Assembly (NCBI GenBank): GCA_002189035.1
Contig: NEEC01000011.1
Span: 1,240,001 to 1,304,000 of the forward strand
Source of the DNA: Utricularia gibba
Lineage: Eukaryota > Plantae > Magnoliophyta
Length of the DNA: 64,000 bases
Reading direction: 5' to 3'
Positions 1 to 9,946 of this stretch are shown piece after piece. The notes below the pieces were generated by a model. The model saw only the letters and a list, made by a program, of their open reading frames with translations, was not told the DNA's origin and searched no databases. The translations under genes were made by a program, and so were the position numbers. Each line of letters begins with the position of its first letter. The stretch's first letter is position 1.

Positions 1-234
1 TGGGATTTTGAAATATGAAAGAAAGGCGTTGTTGGTTTGCTTTTTAGTGTGATAGGTTTAACAAGGGTATTGCATTGTTTTCATCCTTGGCAGGTGGTTT
101 GGGTTATCAAGAGAGCTTGTGTTGTGTGTTGGGACACTACATACGATGTCATTTTCAGAAGTTTCTTTTTATTGAATACTATTAACATGCATATCCAAAT
201 GATATTGACGAATTTAGCAAAAAAAAAAAAAAAA
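1..234 (+). other. Possible 3' end of a retroposed element (LINE-like) ending in an A16 tail
   Basis: An A-run at 219-234 follows a GT-rich non-coding stretch. The window edge prevents a TSD check, so this could be a simple poly(A) tract. Confidence 0.25.
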
Positions 235-1797
235 TGAAGTGATTCTAGAAGCTCGATGGGTTAACTAACATATTTAAAACGTGGATGTCCCAAAATTTTA
301 AGAGAGTTTGCTCATTGCAGATTCGATCTTATAATTTGAAAATGATAACTAAGTTGAGATAGATTATGTTTATCCAGACAAATGTCTATGTTTTTTTTCA
401 GTTTTCAATTTTCTGAAGTTTTTTCTACTATCTTGCACTTAAGTCTTTCATTTCATAAAGTAAATAAGAGTAGGTTTACATGGCATTATTAGTCTATACT
501 TAAGACAATCACTCATGAAAATACATTCTACTTATTTGGTAACTTCTAAACTTGGATATATTAAGTTAGTTGTGTTATCAGTTTTTTTGTTCATATAAAC
601 CTTCACAAGTTTTCAGATCATCTGATAAAATTATATTTATTTCCCTTATTATTTAAAGCATACCACACAATATCTAGCCACTCATTCTAAAATAAAGAAA
701 AAATAATATATGAATATATCCATAATTAGAAATTTAAAAATAAGTATAAAAAGAAAGAAATATCGAATCTTATAAATGTTAAATAATTAAGTATGTTGTC
801 ACGTTACTGTTCTTGATATGAAGTAATAACACCTAAGAACTGAAACAAGTTCTTCAATTAGGAAGAAAATTTTTCTTGTTATTCTTTTTAGTTCATCCTC
901 TTCCCCTCTCATAAGGTGTTTGGTTTCGTATCTTATTTGAATGCTTTCAAAATTAATATATCTTTCTTGTGTTTTTTCATTTATCTAAGATATTTTATTT
1001 ATTGCATTTTATATTATTCATAGCCAAAATGTAAAGATTGTATGTAACCTAAATAATCTATCATGTGTCCCTTCTTGTATGATATGCTCGTCAATTAATT
1101 ACATATGAATTAGATATGATTTGTTTCATACTACTACAACTAACACATAGGTAAATGTTAGAAAATATAATATGGATTAAATTGCATTTATGCATAAAAT
1201 TGTAAAAAAATACTAAAATTATTAAAATATTAAAAATATCATATAAAACAACTAATTTAGTTACAAAATATCTTAATTCTATAATAAAAAAATGATTAAA
1301 AAATGTGTGTTATCAGAATTTTGTGATTAATACAAAGTGTAGGAAGCACTATGTAAAGAGCAATACGCAAGTTCAACGCAGCACCGAGTATAGCAATATG
1401 AGGTACTGTGTGCCTCCACAAGTTTAATGTCGCATTGGATAGTGCAGATAGCCACACTTGATAGAAATTGTACTCTTCTGCAAATCCAATGAAATATCGA
1501 ATAGTGTAGATCACGCTATTTAATTGAAACTATATTCTTCTGCACTTTCAATAAAAGGTGGTGGATTTATTCTTATTCATTTGGTGAATCAAAATCCACA
1601 CAAAACCCTAACCAATTGCCCTCTAAGTGCCATCAATGGTATAATTTTAGTTAATAATATCAGGTTTTGAAAAAACTTAAATATAGCATTCTTACATTAA
1701 AAATGAATCATTTTAATCTTCCTGAATGATATCATTTGTGCTCCACCCCGGCTACTGGACTCAGGTGTCCAAAATATATGAAAGTAAGTCTAATTCA

Positions 1798-2467
1798 GGG
1801 TATTTTAGATAAATGGCCCCTGTTTCACTTGTATCTAATAAAAGTAGACATTGTGTGACTTTGGTTACAAAATTGATCATGATCTAATTTTAAATAATAA
1901 TAATAATACAATCGTTTTTTATATGATTATTTTATTTTATATATAAACATAAATAAATAGTTTTTAATAAAAAATATTATATATTCTATAATATATTAAT
2001 ATAAATATGTATCATAAAATATGCGTTCTATATTTTTTATTATATTATAAAAATAAATATATGTTTTTTAACAAAAAATATATTTTATATTTAAATATAA
2101 TATAATTATATTTCATTATTTAAAAAATATGTTTGATAATTATTTATACGTTGAATAACCAATTTATTTGAATTAATATTTTGAAAATAATTTATCAATT
2201 TTTTTAAAAAAATACTAAGATGAAAAGCTTTAGATATTTGAATATTTTTTTGTAATTGATACTTTTGAAAAATATAAGTTATGAAATTTTAATATTTTAT
2301 ATAAAAGTTAAAAGTATTATTATCAGTTCATTTTTAATAGTAATTATAATTTTTTATATTATTATTATTCTTTGGTAATGAAAGAATGATCATTTTCATA
2401 AGAAATTACATATAGTTACTACTTTTCTCACATACATGTGACAAAGTTGGCCAATTTCTAATAAACT
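1798..2467. mobile_element. Mutator-like (MULE) MITE, non-autonomous, very AT-rich interior
   Basis: Imperfect ~80-bp TIRs (gggtattttagataaatggcc...aaaattgatcat versus the reverse complement of atgatcattttc...ggccaatttctaataaact). Identical flanking direct repeat agtctaattca at 1787-1797 and 2468-2478. Confidence 0.7.
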
Positions 2468-3095
2468 AGTCTAATTCATGTTGGTAAACATCTTAATATC
2501 TTGTGTGCATGCTGGTAGTATTTGCTTATTAATGAGTGGTTGTATTGGATTTCGGGATGTGTACTTTTGAGAGACGAATAAAGGTAATTATTAAATTGGG
2601 ACCTTTGAGGAAAAAATGAAATATTATTCAAGTAATATTGATTTACACATATAATTCGTTATACAATATATAATCTGAAAAGCGTCACCGAGACGCGTCA
2701 TTACACCTTTCCTGATTTTCTTACTCGATAAAAATTCTGTCACCAAGACAAAAAAAAATGGCAACGCCTTCACCAGTGAGACGACTCGTACGGCCATGGC
2801 GGGGAGACGTACAGACGAGAGGGGCGCACCCCACCCCACCCCACATGTTTCTGAAATTGTATTTATGGCCCCAACTTCTCTCTTTATTATTTATTACCCG
2901 GCGCGGGTGATATTTTCTAATTCTCTTTTCTTTTGGGGTTTTTATTAATGGTTTCTCTGCCCCACCAACACCACCATTTTTTTTCCATCAAGTCGCTCAC
3001 CCACCCCCAGTTGTTGTTTCTCAGAGCGATGCTTCTGCGTCTGCTTCTTCTCCGCCGTTGCACCCACCCAGCTTCCACTTATCAGAGAAAGGACG

Positions 3096-5368
3096 ATGGA
3101 GCGGAGTTCTAGGGACGCAATGCCGTCGATTTTTGGCGGAAAGATTCCTCTTTTGCTGCTCCCTTTTCTTAGCTTTCTCCTTCTGGCTTCCGCTTCAGAT
3201 CTGTCGACGGACAGGGCCGCGCTCCTTGCTCTCCGCTCCGCCGTTGGTGGTCGCACTCTTTTCTGGAACGCTTCAAGCCCTAGCCCATGTGACTGGCAGG
3301 GTGTTTTTTGTGACGGCGGCCGCGTTGTGACGCTACGTCTTCCCGCTGCTTCTCTCTTTGGTGTTCTTCCCGCTAACACCGTTTCGGATTTGACTTCACT
3401 GCGGACGCTGAGCCTCCGTCTCAATCATCTCAGTGGTCCTCTTCCCAGTGACCTTTCGAAGCTTTCTGAGCTCCGCAATCTCTATTTGCAGGGGAATCAG
3501 TTCACAGGCTCTGTGCCGGATTCTGTTCTTTCGCTGCATTCTCTCGTGCGGTTAAATCTCGCGTCTAACGATTTTTCGGGTGAAATACCATCTGGGTTTA
3601 ACAATTTATCGCATTTGCGAACGCTTTATTTGGAGAACAACCGCTTCAATGGGAATCTACCCCATTTAGAGCTTCCTAATCTTTCGCAGTTCAACGTTTC
3701 GTTTAACAATTTGACTGGTTCTGTACCCAGAGGGCTGGATTCAAACCCTAAAGATGCTTTTTTAGGGACTTCTCTTTGTGGCAAGCCTCTTGACAATGTT
3801 TGCCTTGGAAGTACTTCAGAAACTCCGCCAACCTCTCCTACGCAATCCCCAAGCACAATCTCGAGTTCAGGGAAAAAGAAGCTTTCCGGCGGTGCAATTG
3901 CTGGCATTGTGATTGGCTCAATCGTGGGCTTCATTTTGCTGTTGCTAGTTTTGCTTGTTTTATGTAGGAAAAGAAAGGGAAGCAGCGCTAGGTCCGTAGA
4001 CATTGCTGCGATAAAGAATCAAGAAGCCGAAGGTCGGGAAAAACCCATCGTTGAACCAGAAAATGGTAATGCGGGTAGTGGTTTTTCAGTGCCAGCAGCT
4101 GCTGCGGCTGCCTTGAATGCCACTGGGCATACAAAACCTGAACATGGAGCGAGTTCTGCTCCTAAGAATTTGGTGTTTTTCGGAAATACTCGCAGGGTGT
4201 TTGATTTGGAGGAGTTGCTCAGAGCTTCCGCCGAAGTTCTGGGTAAAGGAACATTCTCCACTGCTTATAAAGCCGTGTTGGAGATCGGGACAGTTGTAGT
4301 TGTTAAGAGATTGAAAGATGTTAATCTTTCTGAAAGGGAGTTCAAGGAGAAAATTGAAAGTATTGGAGATATGGATCATGAGAATCTCGTTCCTGTTCTT
4401 GCTTACTATTACAGTGGCGAGGAGAAGCTTCTTGTTTATGAATACATGCCTGTGGGAAGTCTCTCTGCTCTCCTTCATGGTAAGTCATGATTCCATCTAG
4501 GCACCCTGAATCCGCTGTCACAATGCTTGATTTCAATTTCATCCGCATTCGAGTGTCTTGCGTTTCTTTATTTTGATGGTTCGAGTTTTAGAGACCACGT
4601 CAGGGTGTTGCTGTCACAATGCCTAGATTAGAATTCTCGAATTCAGTTTCTCCTGCGTTTGTCTTGCGCATCTTGAATCTTGGTTTGGGTAGCTCTTGAT
4701 GCGTCTGCTGCGCCTTCTTACAATTGTGTTGCCTGTTGCCTGTTGCCTGGTTGATGTGCAGGGAACAAAGGCGCTGGCAGGACTCCATTGAACTGGGGAA
4801 TGCGCATCAGCATTGCTCTTGGAGCGGCAAGGGGGATCGAGTATCTCCATTTTCAGGGTCCAAATGTATCCCATGGTAACATAAAATCATCCAACATACT
4901 CCTCACGAAGACGTACGAGGCTCGCGTTTCAGACTTCGGCCTCAACCAGCTCGTGGGTCCTCCATCCTCTCCAACGCGAATGTCCGGGTATCGCGCCCCG
5001 AGGTCACCGACCCTCGGAGAGTTTCTCAGAAGGCTGATGTCTACAGCTTCGGCGTGCTGCTACTGGAGCTTCTCACCGGGAAAGCTCCCACCTTTGCAGT
5101 CTCGAACGAGGAGGGAGTGGACCTGCCGCGGTGGGTGCATTCCGTGGTACGGGAGGAAGTGAGCACGGAAGTGTTTGATGTCGAGCTCCTGCGCTACCAG
5201 AACGTTGAGGAGGAGATGGTGCAGCTGCTGCAACTTGGGATCGACTGCACGGCACAGTTCCCTGACAAACGGCCGTCGATCTCGGAGGCGGCCAAGCGAA
5301 TCCAAGAGATCAAGCGGTCGAGCTTCCTGGGGCAGTCGGATCGAGTGAGCGAAACGAGCATGAACTGA
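3096..5368 (+). CDS. RKL1: LRR receptor-like kinase, LRR-III atypical class (RKL1/RLK902/At1g48480-like). Exons 3096-4479 and 4762-5368, with an apparent -1 frameshift at 4996-4999
   Basis: Signal peptide, LRRNT ([14 protein letters not shown]), five LRRs, TM ([24 protein letters not shown]), and kinase motifs [38 protein letters not shown]. The GT-AG intron 4480-4761 is phase-1 compatible. Adding one C restores [25 protein letters not shown]1 versus RLK902 orthology is not resolved. Confidence 0.93.
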
Positions 5369-5894
5369 GTCGTCTCTGAATCGTGGGCATTAGAGAGCAG
5401 CATCAGCTGCAGCCATCTGTTGTCGTCTTGTTAGTGGAAGCAGCAGCCCCCTCCCCCATGTCTTGTTTCCTTCTTCCTTCAATCTCTTCTCAGCACACTT
5501 GTATTTTTATACTTTGAAGATGGCTTTTGCACCCTCCTCTCCCTCACTGCGTGTATAGAGATACTCAAGGGAGGTTCAAATTATTCCAGTCCCCTTTCGA
5601 GTTTTTGCAGGGGTATATTTGACTTGATTAGGATATTATTTGATATTTTAATATCCTATTTTGTTTTTACCACAATAGCAAAAAAGAATATTCAAAATCT
5701 ATTAGAAATTTATAGACCCACAAGAAATATATATTTACAAATGTAAGAACTTTTGAAAAAATTATATGATGAAATTGAATTATCCGATAATTCAGAAAAA
5801 ACATATATTGAAAATTAATACTAGGTAGGGGTAAGGATATCCATATAGGTGGTACTATTGGGTTTAATTAAACAAATTTGCCGTGGGCCCAATG

Positions 5895-5922
5895 CAGCCC
5901 AGCCCAGCCCAGCCCAGCCCAG
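5895..5922. repeat. (CAGCC)5 pentanucleotide repeat, (GGGCT)5 on the minus strand
   Basis: Read directly; adjacent gtgggcccaa at 5883-5892. Confidence 0.9.
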
Positions 5923-8900
5923 GCCATGTAGTTGGTCTGAATTTGCACAAACTAATATTTGTTTTTTGGTAGAGTTGAAATGAAGTGATGCTCCCACCAG
6001 CACCACATCACATCTACTAAAGTGGGGATTTCTTTTCCTTTTCGTCACTGGTTCCCCTTCACTTTTCTTCTTTGGGAGAAACCTTTCCAATCTCCCCATG
6101 TGCCCTTGGAAGCATCTCGTTGAGACTTGAGAGCTGAGAGGCCAAAATGGGAATCATAAACCTCCACCTGCTCGTCGCAACATTCTTGACGCAAGGTTGG
6201 CTTTTTGATCCTCAGACAGCTATAAAGCACACGTGTAAAAGGATTTGGAAGAACTCGATAGCATAAGTACAGAAAATAGTATATTCTCATTAATTATAAT
6301 GCATGGTTTTCCTAATCCATTTTTTATAACATACTAATATATTTCATATATGTTAACTAATATACATCTGTCACCATATTTTAACGCTTCTTCCTTAAAA
6401 TGCATCATCATCATGTGTACAAGTACGTAGCTCTACTATGTTCAAGTGTCAAATGTTTGATTGACAAAGTGAAGATGTCTACCAACTAATGTACCATATG
6501 TTTCATTTTCTCATGAAGCCTTAATTTTTTATGATGTAGATATGTAGATGACTGATTTGTTAGCATAGAGTAACTAAATAGGTGTTTGTACCACCCATTG
6601 GAAATCTCATAGCAATAAAGCTAATCAATTGATTTCTACATTAGCTACCACCACACTCCTATACTTTAATTACCTTCAAATCTTTATCACGTTATAATTT
6701 GTGAATTTGTGTTGGTATCTCTGCCATGTAACTCAATGCATTCACGTTATAATTTCAAAACTTGTCAAACCATCTATTAAATTCATGCTGAATGCAAGCA
6801 TGAGCAGCCTTCCAGGCACTTTGTTGAGCACAAGTTGTTGATAATATGTTTGAGATAATAATAATAGTAATGAAAAAAAAATACAGTTAAATCTAAACTA
6901 AAAACAGTCCATAACATTATGGAATAAAATAATTTAAAAATATATAACCTAAATATTTGGAAACATCATGTGCAATATCAATAACATTGAACTTCTACCA
7001 AAACTTAAGGTAGAAGTATTGTTTTCAAAATATATTATAATTAGAATTATTTTTAAACACGAGTGAAGAATTTATTATATAAGTAGAAAATTGAACCTAA
7101 TCGAAAGAAAAATAGAAATAATACACTTGAAAGTGATGAGACTACTTTATTCAAGTTGGTCTAGTTTGAGTAGATTAAACTCAATATTAAAGACTTCATT
7201 ATATTATTGATTGTCTCATAATCTTTTAAGAATCTTTTGATTCTTTCGTACTTTTGATTTAGTGATTGTCCCGAGTGAAATCTTTGGAGGGTTACCTTTT
7301 TTCCTTCATCTTTATTGTGTTCATTTTTGTCATCTATGATCTCATTATAATTTGTATCAAAATGTGAAACCTACAAGTGATTTAAAGACTAGAATGTGGA
7401 AAAAAATAGGTAATGAAAGACCTTTTAAATATAATAGCTAAAAGAACAGTTTATAGAACATAAGGTAAAATTAATTATTTGAAGGGTAAAATAGGTACAA
7501 GAGTTTTTTGATATAATTATACTAATCTACTAAAAAAATTACACTATAAATCAGGATTTAAATAAATACTATTACAAAACTTGTTTTTATCTAAGCTGGG
7601 GAAAATTTAAAATCCAGACCTACTACTAAACAAGCCCTAATTGACTCTAGATTCATTTCCAATTTATATAGTGCCTAACGATCATATTTCTTCCCTTAGA
7701 TGGAAGAATTGAAGTTCTTATCAATGCCTTAAAAGACATATCAATTTCATCCCACAATTCTCATTTAACGTTGATATAAAGAAAAAAAAGCTCTCAAAAG
7801 ATTCTTCTTTATGGAATTCAAAATGAGCGACATAATTGGAAAAATCTTATCAATACCATTCACAATAGTTGTTGATTGATTTCTCCTATTTTGCAAGTAT
7901 AGTGGCATCCGCACAAGTGGGTTTATTGGGTAAGACTAAGGGGCGTATTATTGTGCCATGAATATGGCTTAGGAAATTTTGGCCGGGTAATGCTGTATAC
8001 ATAGCTTTTGAACATGCTGCGCTGCATAAATATGGTCATCTAGAAAATTGGAAGTAAATGAGGGGGGAGTCGACGATGTTAGTGAAGGCCATTCAACAAA
8101 AGAACAATAAGATAAAGCAACAAAGTAGATCGTTATGCCTTCAATATTGTGAAAAATTAGATCATGCATTCATATGCATGGTTTTCCTAATCTATTCTTC
8201 ATATATGCTAATTTATTTCATATATGTTAACTACAATTATGGTAAAACGTACACCTATGATAATGTAAGTTTTTTACAATATCTTAACAAGGTTTTTTTT
8301 AGCAACATATGTGTTACATCAACATTGTTTTCTTACAAATGACAAGGGAAATATCCATCAATGAGGTTCACAAATATTGAGATTCAAACTTCCTATATTA
8401 CTTATCAACTTATGAATTGCTTAGAATTTGAGTTTGGGAGTTCTAACTTGCATATTTGGAACATGAAACCATCCACTAGATCAAGTTATGACTCCTTTAG
8501 TTTTGTCGTCCCACATCTTAAACATGTGTGGTATCCAAATTGGGTAGTATGCTTTTAGAGTTTTGATGGGGGGAATCGGTATTTTATTATTATTATATTT
8601 ATTTTTACACTTGTTAAAAAATAAAATTATATAAAACATAACAATAATTCAGTATTTAATTTACAAATGTCATCAGCAGCTTCCTTCCCCATGCAGGATG
8701 AAAGATGAAGTGCCGTCCAACATCACATTGTGAGGTGCACGTAACAATGGTGATTAGCACCCATGTAGATTGTGGCCTCACCACCTCAGGAAGCCAAGAT
8801 GGGAAGGAGCTGCACACATCAGGAACATTCAAAATGCATTAATTGAATTTAATATTTATAAATCAAATATTGAATTGCCTATATTTAATTTAAAACTAAA

Positions 8901-9056
8901 TATATATTAATAATCCTATACTTACAAACCTAATATTACGATACAAATTTTAAACAAGTTACAAACATTTATATACTCATCAAATACGCAGTACCCATTC
9001 ATAAATCCTAAAGGCTAAAAGTATGCTTGGAGGAGGGAGACCTTGCGATAAAACAG

Positions 9057-9539
9057 GAGTGTTTTCAATTTGGGATTTAAAATCGAACTGGTATGAAACC
9101 GGTTCGGTTCAAAAGGTGAGTTTGATCGGTGAAATTTAAATTAATAAAAAATATTATAATTTTTAAAAAGATTGTGTTAAATATTAATAAATTATTAATG
9201 ACAAAAATCAGATATTAATAATGTAATAGATATATTTAATAAGTTGCATATTGAAATTTTTTTGTATATACAAAGAGAGTATAAAACTTATTATTCAAAA
9301 TAAATTATAATTATTTTCGACTACAGTAAATGATACGATCATCAAATTGAAATACATTTTAAAACAAAATTTTGATAAAAATAATATATATATATATATC
9401 ATACTAAATTCATACTTTTTAAACCCTAGTTTTTTATTATTTTTTAATTTTGAAAAATTAAAATTTAAGGTTTAGAAAAAATGTATATAAAAAACCGATA
9501 ATCGGACTTCGATTAACCGGTAAATTGTCGAAAACATAG
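9057..9539. mobile_element. hAT-type MITE, degenerate
   Basis: Ends gagtgttttcaa / tcgaaaacatag, subterminal accg/cggtt motifs, AT-rich core, and imperfect 8-bp flanks taaaacag / ttaagcag (6/8). Confidence 0.45.
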
Positions 9540-9873
9540 TTAAGCAGTAAGCTGTGTTATTGTGAATAGTTTGATCCCCGTAAGGTTGACTTAGAAGGCT
9601 TTTTAGGCACAAGTCGTTGAAGGCGTAGGATGGGGGGGAACAGGCCACGTGCACTTTACATCCAAAAAGAGAACTTCTCTGGAGAGAAAGTCGAAGAGAA
9701 GACAGTCGAAGGGCATCAAATCTAAAAGATGGAAAAAAAGCCCCTTTACGAAAAGAAAGAAAGAAAAACAACAACCATTATTCTCTTCTCTTCCCTTCTA
9801 TTGACGTTCGGCCCCATGCTTCTTCATCACTCCCTCCCACTCCCCGCCTCCCCCAGCTTTGAATGCACATAAA

Positions 9874-9946
9874 GCAGCAGCAGCAGCAGCAGCCTTTGTC
9901 ACCTCTCTTCTCTTCTCCTCTCCTCTCCTCTCCTCTCCTCTCCTCT
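9874..9946 (+). repeat. (GCA)6 followed by (CTCTT)2(CTCTC)n microsatellites
   Basis: Read directly. Confidence 0.9.

Noticed and set aside
2945-3424. 159-aa minus-strand ORF and other ORFs overlapping the RLK exons
   Set aside because: Antisense or alternative-frame shadows of GC-rich coding sequence, with no recognisable domain.
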